Shown: positions 1 through 8,637 of the stretch, in pieces
How the letters are laid out: each line of letters opens with the position of its first letter
Numbering within the stretch: the stretch's first letter is position 1
NCBI RefSeq assembly: GCF_000223395.1
Contig: NC_015931.1
Coordinates: forward strand, 1,110,001-1,142,000
Length of the DNA: 32,000 bases
Source of the DNA: Pyrolobus fumarii 1A
GTDB lineage: Archaea; Thermoproteota; Thermoprotei_A; Sulfolobales; Pyrodictiaceae
Direction: 5' to 3'
Notes under the pieces: generated by a model
What the model saw: the letters and a program-made list of their open reading frames with translations, nothing else
Databases searched by the model: none
Told to the model about the DNA's origin: nothing
Position numbers and translations under genes: made by a program

Positions 1-328
1 CGTTGCGGGCAGCCACGGCCAGCGTGACCATCACGGCGATTATGGAGGCTACTAGCACGGCTAGGGACTCCAAGCGCAGTATCTCGTACCGCGCCCTGTA
101 CGCCACTGTGCGCGACGCGGCGACGCGGAAAGCGACCGCTAGGCTACCGAAGCTCATGGCCTCTATTAGCCACACGAACGCCTCCATCAGGATTACATCG
201 GATGGCTCACGCAGGTAGAGCACGAGCCCCACCAGCGACAACAAGAGCGACACGAGGGCGACGGTGTAGGCTGCCCTTAGGGCGCCAGACGCGACCAGTA
301 TCTTTCTCACCGCCAGCCTCCTCACCAC
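1..328 (-). CDS. Membrane protein, N-terminal part only (gene runs off the window start); tentatively cation-diffusion-facilitator-like
   Basis: The minus-strand frame is open from the window edge to GTG at 328/325; TGA (332-334) closes it upstream. Manual translation VRRLAVRKILVASGALRAAYTVALVSLLLSLVGLVLYLREPSDVILMEAFVWLIEAMSFGSLAVAFRVAASRTVAYRARYEILRLESLAVLVASIIAVMVTLAVAARN shows about 3 hydrophobic helices. Helix spacing resembles CDF TM1-TM3, but the canonical H/D ligands are not evident. Absent from the ORF track because there is no stop in the window. Confidence 0.5.
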   Translation of the reverse strand, partial: MVRRLAVRKILVASGALRAAYTVALVSLLLSLVGLVLYLREPSDVILMEAFVWLIEAMSFGSLAVAFRVAASRTVAYRARYEILRLESLAVLVASIIAVMVTLAVAARN

Positions 329-947
329 GCCTCATCACCCCCGCCACGGGCAACACCCCGGGGCCAGGACGGTCAGGCTGGGTGCAGAGCGCGAAGGGCA
401 TGAGGGCGGAGGCCAGGAGACCCAAGTGTAGAGGTATAGAAGTTAACCGTGCGAAACAAAAGGAATATCGAGGGTATTAGTTTTTGCATCAGTCGCTTCA
501 AAGATGATAAATAAAACAAGAGTATTGATTGCCGCAAATTATCAATAATGTGATGTTCTCCAAGCCCTGTTAGCCAGGACAAAGTCATACAGTGTTTGTT
601 TCTCCGTCCTAACATGCTAGCTCTGATGTAACCTGCAAGACTAGGATGCACGACGCTATTGGTCGTGATTCACAAGCTTGTAACCGAGTAGTGAGCAGGA
701 ACGGCTACACATTAAGCTTAGTATGCTCGTCCAGTATGATGGGGGCCGGTGGACCTCGATAGGTTTGTTGCCGAAGTAGCGTCTATGGGCCTCCCCGTTG
801 ACCCGGTGCTCGATCTCATAAGGCTTGTGTACACGGTTAGAGAGCTACCCTACGAGCTTGTAGAGAAGACGGGGGAGAGAAGGCCGCGTTAGCACCCTCT
901 TCCTGGTCGACGAGTGGATTATAGAGCTGCTGTATAACTATAATCTG

Positions 948-1850
948 ATGCCGCGCGGCATGAGCGAGACTACACTATACGGTGAGTATGCTAATGTCAG
1001 GTACTACAGGCTTACGCAGAGGGGGCTAGAGATAGGCTCTCGGGTCTTCGTTAGACACCTGCGCGGGGTGTTTGACAAGCTGTTGGAGGTTCTAGAGGGG
1101 TATCCCCTGGGCTTGGTGCGTGTTATCGCGTTGAGTGCTCTCGACTTGCGGAGTGGCGAGCTGGGCTGGATAGAGGTTATGGTTGAAGGGTGGGACTTGA
1201 GCAAGGCGTTGTCCCACACGATTTCCGACATAGAGTTCTCGCTTGTGGACACTGTGGAACTTAGGGAAGTCTATGCAGGGTCTAAGCTTGTGTTCGGCGA
1301 CCTCAGGTTGGTCTTCGAGAGGTTGAAGCGTGCTAGAGCAGGCATGTACAAGCCTAGGGTCTACGACGTGTTTGTCGCCAAGCTGTTGGTGAGGTACAAT
1401 GGCGAGGTTCGTAGGATGGCCCTAGAGCTGATGGAGAAGCTTGTCGAGTTAGGCTTGGCGGGTAGAATCCCGCTCTTCGACAGCAAAGGCAAACGCTACA
1501 CGGACGCATATCGGGCTCCACCCGAGGTAGCCTACGTGCTCGAGAGGTACTCCTCTAGTTTCGACATGTCGCACATCCGGAGGCACGTTCTTGCCGCACA
1601 GCTTGTTATGGAGGCGTTAAGGAAAGAGCTGACTAAGAGCGAGCTTCTGGCGGCCCTGATGGGCCTAGGCATCCCGGAGGAAGAGGTGAAGTCCGCCCTG
1701 GAGGCTCTATACGCTAAGGGCGTGACATCAAGGTACAATGAGGCTGGAGGGCCAGACTCACCTCCCTTCATTATCCTCGACGAGGAGAGGGCGAAGAGGG
1801 AAGCCGAGGCGGTAGTCAGGCTAGCCGGGTCTCTACTCCTCGCGCCTTAA
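948..1850 (+). CDS. Hypothetical protein (300 aa), helical, possible winged-helix segments; family not recognised
   Basis: Long ORF with genome-typical codon usage, followed by a T11 tract. A 5' extension from GTG 749 is possible if the G5 run at 871-875 is a frameshift (see findings). Confidence 0.6.
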   Translation: MPRGMSETTLYGEYANVRYYRLTQRGLEIGSRVFVRHLRGVFDKLLEVLEGYPLGLVRVIALSALDLRSGELGWIEVMVEGWDLSKALSHTISDIEFSLVDTVELREVYAGSKLVFGDLRLVFERLKRARAGMYKPRVYDVFVAKLLVRYNGEVRRMALELMEKLVELGLAGRIPLFDSKGKRYTDAYRAPPEVAYVLERYSSSFDMSHIRRHVLAAQLVMEALRKELTKSELLAALMGLGIPEEEVKSALEALYAKGVTSRYNEAGGPDSPPFIILDEERAKREAEAVVRLAGSLLLAP

Positions 1851-1883
1851 CCGGTATACACTAGGCTGCAACCCACACTAGCG

Positions 1884-1894
1884 TTTTTTTTTTT
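1884..1894 (+). terminator. Oligo-T (T11) tract 34 nt downstream of the 948-1850 stop; likely archaeal intrinsic terminator
   Basis: gcgTTTTTTTTTTTgaag read directly. Archaeal RNA polymerase terminates at oligo-T tracts (established knowledge). Confidence 0.45.
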
Positions 1895-2632
1895 GAAGAG
1901 GTGAGGTTTCACATACTTGACTTGATGCTCTACAAGGTTTTCCGTGAGGCTAGCGGGCCCGCGGCGAAGGCGAGGCGTCCATGCTGTCACGCAATATAAG
2001 CTATAAGAATAAGACTGACACAGGTAAGCTGCTCCACTTTGTCCACCGAGCTATTAAGATACGATGGAAGCCCGTAGGATGAATCATATTGAGCTAGCTG
2101 GTAAATGTGGCGAGTTACTCGGCTGACTCGAGCCTAGTCTAGAGAACGTCTACTAAGGGGCTTCAAGGTGTTCATAGTCATGGTTTCAGCAGCGGCACTG
2201 AGACGCTAATGTTGAGAGATGGTGCAATGCTCACCCCTCGAGTACTAAAACAGCGCTTGCAGCATTATCAACGTCAATATCTGCTGGGTTGAGATTGATA
2301 CGGCTGTTCGAGCATGTGAGTAGATTGCCGTGAGAGGGAGCTTGCTACAGGGCTAGAGAGGTTCGTAAGGAAATGAAGTGCTCGGGGTGCAGAGGGCGCT
2401 ATAGTGACTTGATTACTGGGCTTACGGCCCTCATGCTCTGGTTGAGTGGAGTGTACAGCTCCTACGGTGTACCTGCGTCCGGTGTTGCTCTAGACTCGGA
2501 TGGTGGCGAGTCTCTCCATAGTGGTGGCTATGCTGGGTTGCGGGAGGGAGGATGGGATGAAATCGTCCGCAAGGTTAAGGACGTTATGAGCAATTGTGGG
2601 CTCCGGGAGCTTCGACGACAGGTGGCGATTGT

Positions 2633-3074
2633 ATGCGGCAAGGGCATAACCGAGGACAGAGCCTAAATCCAGCACACTTCTTCAACCTTGTAGAGCATAT
2701 CAAAGATCTGGGCTGGTTTCCAGAGGAGGTCGTTCTTAGGAGAATCATTAGTGGCCTCTACTTCTCACTCTACAACTACTGGGCGTATAAGAAGTACTCC
2801 AGGGGCGTAAAGGGGGAGAGGATACTGCCAAGACATGTACCCTATGAAGCAGTTCTACCTAGATACACTGGACGCTGGGAAAGATAGGCAGCTGCTTGAA
2901 CTCCTCTACTACCGTGTAGCTGCTGATCACCACATCGCAAACCCGACGAGAGTCAAACTCTACATATCGAAGAGCATTTCTTACGGCGAGAGAACGATCA
3001 TGATAACGCTCGAAAATGTAATCAAACTGCTAAGGACTGCCAGAGAGTTACTCGACACTATAGAGAGGATGTGA
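2633..3074 (+). pseudogene. HEPN-like protein gene split by a frameshift
   Basis: Two overlapping ORFs in different frames (2594-2887 and 2835-3074) read as one protein: MRQGHNRGQSLNPAHFFNLVEHIKDLGWFPEEVVLRRIISGLYFSLYNYWAYKKYSRGVKGERILPR // MYPMKQFYLDTLDAGKDRQLLELLYYRVAADHHIANP... It contains an R-x4-H motif (RVAADH) in a helical context. The segment has lower GC than its flanks. Confidence 0.4.
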
Positions 3075-3510
3075 ACTTAGGAGTACCGAGCAACATGCAT
3101 GAGCTGCTTCGGGTCGACACCAAGAGTCTTCTCTCAGCTCATTGTACCCCCGAGTATACCCGGAACAGCCTTTCCTCCTATTTGCTCTGTAAGCGGCTGC
3201 ACGGGGAAATACAAGCTATTGCCAGCCAATGACCAGGGAGAGGAGCCACTGTAAAGAAGCATAATAGACACTATACGAGTGATCGGATGATAAGAGGAAG
3301 AAGCTAGTCTTAGAGGCCCTACTACCTTTCTCCTTCTCCAGTACTCTCTTACCACATGCTAGGCCGTATCGGATCAACTGTATAGATTGGCTCTGAGCCA
3401 TGGCGCTCGTGAGGCTTGAGAGACCGTTGAGACTGTGAGGCCGAACCGGGAGTTGTGTGAGAACCGGCGGTTATGAGGCAAGGGCATGGCGCCAGCAGTT
3501 GCGTCTGTGC

Positions 3511-4380
3511 TCATCTCGTGATTATCTCCACGTCTAGTGCTTTGGCTGCCTCGCGGGCCCTATCGTCGGCGTAGCACGTTACGATGATCTTCTTTGTCTT
3601 TGGCGGCTTCACGACCTTCTGGTAAAGCTTGCACTTCTCGTTGAAGACTTTGACGTCGGCTACGCTGACGCTAGACTTCACCTCCACGAGGTAATGCGTA
3701 TCGTCCTTGACCACAACGTCTACCTCGATTAGAGTCGGGTATCCGAAGACTACACCCTCCCTATCGAAATACTCCCATTTCCCCACCTGGGCCACGCCGA
3801 AGTACTCATGGAGGAACCTGCGCAGACTCTCCCGGACAGCCTCCTCCGCGTACAGCCCCCACCTTGAGCCCAGCGCCGCGAGGCGATCCCCAAACCTCCT
3901 AAGCTCCTCTTGGAGACCCCTAATCACCCTGCTATGCTCCTCGATCCTCTCCTCGAGCTTGGCGACCTGCTCTTGTAGCGCCCTGATAGCCTTGCTGTGC
4001 TCTAGCACCTGCTCCTGGAGCTTCACCATCTGCTCTTGAAGTGCTTTGACCTGCTCTTGTAGAACCTTAACCTGCTCCTGAAGCGACCTAACCTGCTCTT
4101 GTAGCGCCCTTATAGCCCTGGTATGCTCCTCTATCCTCTCCTCGACTTTCAACAGTCTCTCTTCGATCCTGGCCATCCTCTCCTCGATCTTCGCGAGCCT
4201 CTCCAGGATCTCTAGGAGTCCTAGCTCAGCAGCAACAGCACGGCGAAACTCCCAGTCGCTGCGCAACAACTCCAGGATAGCACGCTTCAAGTCCCCCTGG
4301 CCCGTTGTACCCGACGCCATGTAGTGCAACCCACGATGCATACTTTGCAATTCTCTCGCTTTACTCTTTCTACCTGGCAT
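3511..4380 (-). CDS. Coiled-coil + PD-(D/E)xK nuclease-fold protein, paralog 1 (DUF3782/PDDEXK-like); likely true start ATG at 4320 (MASGTTGQGDLKR...)
   Basis: N-terminal LKRAILELLRSDWEFRRAVAAELGLLEILERL, then heptad repeats (IEERxxx, LQEQVxx x5). C-terminal GYPTLIEVDVVVKDDTHYLVEVKSS gives a D...E-x-K restriction-endonuclease-like core. Paralogous to 5753-6496 and 23130-23935. Confidence 0.8.
   Translation of the reverse strand: MPGRKSKARELQSMHRGLHYMASGTTGQGDLKRAILELLRSDWEFRRAVAAELGLLEILERLAKIEERMARIEERLLKVEERIEEHTRAIRALQEQVRSLQEQVKVLQEQVKALQEQMVKLQEQVLEHSKAIRALQEQVAKLEERIEEHSRVIRGLQEELRRFGDRLAALGSRWGLYAEEAVRESLRRFLHEYFGVAQVGKWEYFDREGVVFGYPTLIEVDVVVKDDTHYLVEVKSSVSVADVKVFNEKCKLYQKVVKPPKTKKIIVTCYADDRAREAAKALDVEIITR
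4008..4112 (-). repeat. Five tandem 21-bp units (cctgctcttgtag-type) encoding LQEQVxx heptads inside paralog 1
   Basis: The (c/t)ctgctc core recurs at 4008, 4029, 4050, 4071 and 4092, an exact 21-nt period; 3966 is also in register. Confidence 0.8.
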
Positions 4381-4717
4381 GACGCAAAACCAGATGTCCT
4401 AGGCGTACAGCCAGCCTGCAATCCCAGCCATCCGAGCCACAGGGCTACATTCATGCTGGGCTTAGCTGCTTGGTGAAAGGGAGGTGCGGGGGCCTCATAC
4501 TATAGAGTTTGCACTGTTCATCACAGCTTGAAGAAGATATGGGGCTCTTCGAAAAAGGCTCCTAGCCCGATCTCGTCAACGTCATTGAGGTATATGCCTC
4601 TATACTGGATACCACTGAATCTTACCCGCCTCGATAGACTGGATGTAGTGTACAACAATGCATACGATTATCCCCGGTGTTGCGATAGTGCTTTCCTCAC
4701 GATACCCTAAGAAATGA

Positions 4718-4727
4718 AAGCTATATA
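4718..4727 (+). promoter_or_regulatory. Possible BRE/TATA element (gaaatgaaagCTATATAg) for the vapBC-1 operon
   Basis: AT-rich TATA-like octamer abutting the annotated GTG. If functional, the real start would be the in-frame TTG at 4764 or GTG at 4791. Confidence 0.3.
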
Positions 4728-5027
4728 GTGCTGCTCTTGTCCACCTCTCGCCTTGGTGGGCTGTTGGCATCTGGTGGGATTATTGTCCGGGTGGACTCCA
4801 AGGGTAGGGTTACGATCCCCCTTGAGGTTAGGAGGAGGCTCGGGCTGAGAGAAGGGTCTATGCTCCGCGTCATTATCGACGAGGGCTCAAAGAGGATTAT
4901 GTTGGAGCCCGTGGAGCAAGGTACCGCTGAGAGATTCTACGGTGTTTTCCGCGTCAGGCGCTGGCCTCGTGACCTGGACGGGGTTGTTGCTGACGCGGTG
5001 TACGGGGCATGGCTAGGAGATACGTAG
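4728..5027 (+). CDS. vapB: AbrB/SpoVT-family antitoxin (VapB-type)
   Basis: VRVDSKGRVTIPLEVRRRLGLREGSMLRVIIDEGSKRIMLEPV is a typical SpoVT/AbrB swapped-hairpin motif. It overlaps the downstream PIN gene by 19 nt. The 5' end is probably shorter than the ORF call. Confidence 0.85.
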   Translation: MLLLSTSRLGGLLASGGIIVRVDSKGRVTIPLEVRRRLGLREGSMLRVIIDEGSKRIMLEPVEQGTAERFYGVFRVRRWPRDLDGVVADAVYGAWLGDT

Positions 5028-5425
5028 ATGTTAACGTGTTTGTCTACTGGCTTGGGGGCCACCCGGAATACGGCCAGAGGGCGCTAGAGTGGATACGGGA
5101 GATTGAGAAGGCTCCCAACGGGGCCTACATTACTGCTAGCCTTACGGTGTTCGAGCTTGTAGTGATAATGTCGAGGCTCACGGGCGCCAGGCTAGGCGAC
5201 ACGCACCTCATCACAACGATCCTGGAGGCCCTGGGTAGCCTCAAAGGCCTCAAGATAGTCGAGACGCTCTACAGTGACTACGTGGAGGCACTGAACCTCA
5301 TGAAAACATACAAGCTAGACTTTGAAGATGCGATACACCTAGCAGTAGCCATGAGGGTTAATGCCAAAGAGATAGTCTCCAATGACGCAGACTTCGACAA
5401 CACACCCCTGAAGAGGGTATTCTAG
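5009..5425 (+). CDS. vapC: PIN-domain ribonuclease toxin (VapC-type)
   Basis: Acidic PIN residues in the expected order: YVDVNVF, VFELVV, FEDAIHLA, SNDADFD. Size is 138 aa and it is operonic with an AbrB antitoxin. Confidence 0.9.
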   Translation: MARRYVDVNVFVYWLGGHPEYGQRALEWIREIEKAPNGAYITASLTVFELVVIMSRLTGARLGDTHLITTILEALGSLKGLKIVETLYSDYVEALNLMKTYKLDFEDAIHLAVAMRVNAKEIVSNDADFDNTPLKRVF

Positions 5426-5752
5426 CTTCCAGGAAACGCCATTAAAACGTCAAGATTGGGCCACAATGCTGATGCTCACTTCCATCACGAGTAGCTGCCC
5501 TACCTGTTTCTTGCCTCTCAACGGCAGCTCCCCCGATGCACAACAATAGACGGGCCGCTATGCTCCTGCTGCAGGCCGAGCCCGGCGCAGGCTAGGCAAC
5601 CAATGTTAGCAACGCTAACGCGCATCTACGGGTAGAGCAGTCGTTCTCCAGCCTGAGCGGCCCCTTAGCAGGCAAGAGCTACACTTGCTTAACAAGCCTC
5701 GTGTAGTGCGAATATGCAATACTCTCCTATACACCTGGGGGAGGAGCGCCTG

Positions 5753-6496
5753 CTAGGCTTCGGTCTCGACTGCGGGCTTTATCTCCACGCCTAGCTTCGC
5801 GGCTGCTTCGTAGGCCTTGGGTGATATGAAGCCGCCTACTATGAGTACGCGGGGTTTGACACGGTAGAACTTCTCGTATAGCTTGGCTTTGAGCGCTGCT
5901 ATCCTCACGTCGCCGGGGTCGACCCTCGACTTCACCTCTACTATCACGTGCCGTGTATCCCTTACAACCACGTCCATGTCTACCTCGCAGGGGTAGCCGT
6001 AGACTATCCCCTCCTCGTCACGCAACGTCAGCTTCGAGACACTACCAACCCCGAGTATCTCCTCGATGACGGTCTTCATCGTCTCCTTCAACCCAGCCTC
6101 GGTGACAAGCCCAAACCTATGCGCAACTATATTCACAAGCCTCTGCAGCTCCACAATCCTCGACTCGAGTCTTATGATCGCCTTGCTATGCTCGGCCATC
6201 TGCTCCTGTAGCTTGACAACTTGTTCCTGTAGCTTGAAGACTTGCTCTTGTAGCATTCTAACCTGCTCTTGCAGCTTGGCGACCTGCTCTTGTAGGGCTA
6301 GGGTCGCCCTACTATGCTCAGCCATCCGCTCCTCGAGCCTCTCTAGCCTCTCCAGGATCTCCAGCAGCCCAAGCTCAGCTGCAACAGCACGGCGAAACTC
6401 CCAGTCGCTCCTCAACAACTCCAGGATAGCCCGCTTCAACACATCCCTGTTAATAGCGTTGCTCAACACCAGCACCAACCTACACGTAACGCTCAA
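5753..6496 (-). CDS. Coiled-coil + PD-(D/E)xK nuclease-fold protein, paralog 2; start more likely GTG 6469 or TTG 6466
   Basis: Same 32-aa N-terminal motif as paralog 1, LQEQV heptads, and C-terminal GYPCEVDMDVVVRDTRHVIVEVKSR. Confidence 0.8.
   Translation of the reverse strand: MSVTCRLVLVLSNAINRDVLKRAILELLRSDWEFRRAVAAELGLLEILERLERLEERMAEHSRATLALQEQVAKLQEQVRMLQEQVFKLQEQVVKLQEQMAEHSKAIIRLESRIVELQRLVNIVAHRFGLVTEAGLKETMKTVIEEILGVGSVSKLTLRDEEGIVYGYPCEVDMDVVVRDTRHVIVEVKSRVDPGDVRIAALKAKLYEKFYRVKPRVLIVGGFISPKAYEAAAKLGVEIKPAVETEA
6199..6303 (-). repeat. Five tandem 21-bp heptad-coding units inside paralog 2
   Basis: The ctgctc/cttgttc/cttgctc core recurs at 6199, 6220, 6241, 6262 and 6283, an exact 21-nt period. 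Confidence 0.8.
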
Positions 6497-6704
6497 CCAG
6501 GCTTACATCGATTCAAGCATTGACATGCTATCAACACTTGGTCGAATAGCGCTGGCTAGCATCCCGTTCGAGAATATCAACAAGTGTTTGCATTGGATGC
6601 GGGGAGGCTCGAATAGGTGCTTTGGGGAGGTACGCGGGGTGCTGAGGATGGTGGATAGACATTAGCTCTGGTGTCGAGGTTGTTGTCCTCGGGTTGGCGC
6701 TGAG

Positions 6705-7805
6705 TTGGTGTATAATGGCGGTGTTTTTGTCGATGCTGGTTATCGTACTCTGCTTGGCACTGGGTTCTACGATAGGCGTGAGGAGCTTGAGAGGATAGCG
6801 GAGCTTCTACGCGCTGTACGTACCCTCGTTATCTATGGGCCTAGGAATGTTGGGAAGAGTGAGCTAGTGAGGTACTTCATAGCCCGGAGGCTTGGCCGTG
6901 GAGCGTTAACCGGTCTTACTAGGAGGGTTGTCATCGTCGACGCTCGTCAGCGAAGAGTAGAGCGGTATTTTGGAGTGGAGCGTGGCTTGCTCGGATTACT
7001 CGAGGAGATGCTTAGTTCCGTGACGGGTTTGCCTCGTGGCCTGGTGGGGCTCCTGGAGGAGCTGGTCTCTAGGCTTCGGCCTCCAATCCTCGTGTTTATC
7101 GATGAGTTCCATCTCCTCTTCCGAGGTAGTCTTGGGGATGCACTGGTCGAGCTCGAGGCTGTGGCGGGATTCCTGGCTAAGAGGGGGGAGGAGCAGATCC
7201 GCCTGGTAGTTACGGTGAGCGAGGGCTTCTTTGCGACTCTCGGTGCGCTGCATAGGCTACTCGGCTACTCTGTCGGGTATCTGCTCGTGGAACCGATGAG
7301 TGTCGGAGCTTTCAAGGCTCTATACGAGGAGTATCGGGGCAAGCATGGTTGCAGCATTGGCTTTGATCTGTTAACCCGGCTGGCGGGCACCTCCCCCGGC
7401 TACCTGGTAGACCTGTGCCCCAGGAGCGGGAGCCTGCTAGAGGAATGGGTCCTTGGCGAGCTGCAACGGCTAAGTGCTGCGCTAGACCTTGCAGCTGAAG
7501 CTGCGGGTATTAGCAGAGAGGAGGCTGTACGTGTTGCCACTAGGCTCCTACGAGGCGAGCCTGCAGAAACTCCTAGAGAGCGGAGGCTAGGCGAGAAACT
7601 GGTAGAGATGAACATAGCGTATCCGTGCCAAGCGCGGTTACAGCGGATATATCTCCCTCAGCTCCCGCTCTACAAAGTCGCACTGGAAACAGCTGTAAAC
7701 ACGGGACTCGAGAATATGGACTTAGACTTACAGCTTATAGCCGGGTACGAACAATTTACATTGAAACGCTGCTCCGATATAGTGTCGCGCCCAGCTGGAG
7801 CCTAG
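6705..7805 (+). CDS. Archaeal P-loop NTPase (Arch_ATPase/PF01637-like), divergent from paralog 2
   Basis: FYDRREELERIAELL N-terminal motif, Walker A GPRNVGKS, Walker B ILVFIDEFH. TTG/GTG start at 6705/6708. Confidence 0.8.
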   Translation: MVYNGGVFVDAGYRTLLGTGFYDRREELERIAELLRAVRTLVIYGPRNVGKSELVRYFIARRLGRGALTGLTRRVVIVDARQRRVERYFGVERGLLGLLEEMLSSVTGLPRGLVGLLEELVSRLRPPILVFIDEFHLLFRGSLGDALVELEAVAGFLAKRGEEQIRLVVTVSEGFFATLGALHRLLGYSVGYLLVEPMSVGAFKALYEEYRGKHGCSIGFDLLTRLAGTSPGYLVDLCPRSGSLLEEWVLGELQRLSAALDLAAEAAGISREEAVRVATRLLRGEPAETPRERRLGEKLVEMNIAYPCQARLQRIYLPQLPLYKVALETAVNTGLENMDLDLQLIAGYEQFTLKRCSDIVSRPAGA

Positions 7806-7874
7806 GGGTACGCCGAAAACCACACGGCACAAGACGAGCAGATGCTCTACTAATGCTTATACGCTTATAGTAGT

Positions 7875-8135
7875 GTGTCTACATGTGCTCGTATACGGTG
7901 CCCCGTGGTGGCGCCGAGCGTTGTCCTATCGGTTCGTATACGGAGAGAGCTTAAGGAGGAGGCTGAAAAGCTGGGTATTGACATCAGGAGTGTCGTGGAG
8001 AGGGCTCTCGAGGAGGCCATCAGGAGGGAGAAGATTAGGAGATTGTTGAGTGCTGCGAGGGAGGCGGTCAGGGAGTTGAGCAGGGTTGAGCTAGAGGAGT
8101 GGGTTGCAGCGGTGAGAGAGGCGAGGAGGGGTTAA
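7875..8135 (+). CDS. vapB: Ribbon-helix-helix-type antitoxin (VapB-like); probable start GTG about 7905
   Basis: VVLSVRIRRELKEEAEKLGIDIRSVVERALEEAIRRE has a beta-strand-helix-helix pattern. It overlaps the following PIN gene. Confidence 0.7.
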   Translation: MSTCARIRCPVVAPSVVLSVRIRRELKEEAEKLGIDIRSVVERALEEAIRREKIRRLLSAAREAVRELSRVELEEWVAAVREARRG

Positions 8136-8548
8136 GCAAGCTACTCTTCGACGCATCGGCTCTATATCCTCTAGCAAAGCTCCTTGTCAAGAAGCCATAC
8201 ATCACGGAGAAGCTCCTGGATAGGCTCGCGATACTCGACTTGACCCTCTACGAGGCTTGCAACGCCGCGCTTATCGAGCACCGTAGGAGGCTTGCACAAG
8301 ACCCGCATAGGGTCTGTAAGTTTGTGGCTAACTTGGCCGAGCTTATCGAGGTTATAAGGGTGCAACCCGCGTGGCTCAATGGTATAATGGAGGTTGCACT
8401 TAAGAAGAGGTTGACCTTCTACGACGCCGCCTACGTTTACACCGCGACACTCTACAACTACACGCTTGTAACCGAGGATAGTGACATTCTACGTGCTCAT
8501 CCTAATTCAATACGAGCATCGCAACTCAAGCTAGAAGAGACTTTGTGA
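8099..8548 (+). CDS. vapC: PIN-domain toxin (VapC-type)
   Basis: LLFDASALYPL, LTLYEACNAAL, TFYDAAYVY and LVTEDSD give the four PIN acidic positions. Confidence 0.85.
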   Translation: MGCSGERGEEGLSKLLFDASALYPLAKLLVKKPYITEKLLDRLAILDLTLYEACNAALIEHRRRLAQDPHRVCKFVANLAELIEVIRVQPAWLNGIMEVALKKRLTFYDAAYVYTATLYNYTLVTEDSDILRAHPNSIRASQLKLEETL

Positions 8549-8637
8549 AACCGCTAGGAGACTAGCGATGATGTTTTGTAGCGTTGCCGAGGTGCTCTAA
8601 CGGGGTTACAGCTAGGCATGGCAATGTTTTATGATGT

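Noticed and set aside
470-720. AT-rich stretch with a 7-bp inverted repeat (tattgat...atcaata, about 522-546) and two TTCTCC motifs as a possible replication origin
   Set aside because: There is no orc1/cdc6 gene nearby and no convincing ORB-like dyads. It is more simply the promoter/upstream region of the minus-strand membrane-protein gene and an island border.
2373-2666. ORF upstream of the HEPN-like gene as a minimal nucleotidyltransferase (MNT) partner
   Set aside because: I could not find the G-S-x10-D-x-D nucleotidyltransferase signature; only vague resemblance (RGRYSDL, ALDSD). Left uncalled.
3134-3401. Two overlapping minus-strand ORFs (73 and 61 aa) as a frameshifted small gene
   Set aside because: No recognisable motif in either frame. 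Possibly a gene remnant in the low-GC patch, but there is not enough evidence to call it.
6066-6665. 199-aa plus-strand ORF (CSCS-rich); similar antisense ORFs at 3707-4039 and 23532-23978
   Set aside because: These are mirror images of the heptad-repeat coding regions of the nuclease paralogs on the minus strand. Their low-complexity Ser/Cys/Leu translations have no domain features, whereas the minus-strand products have clear motifs.
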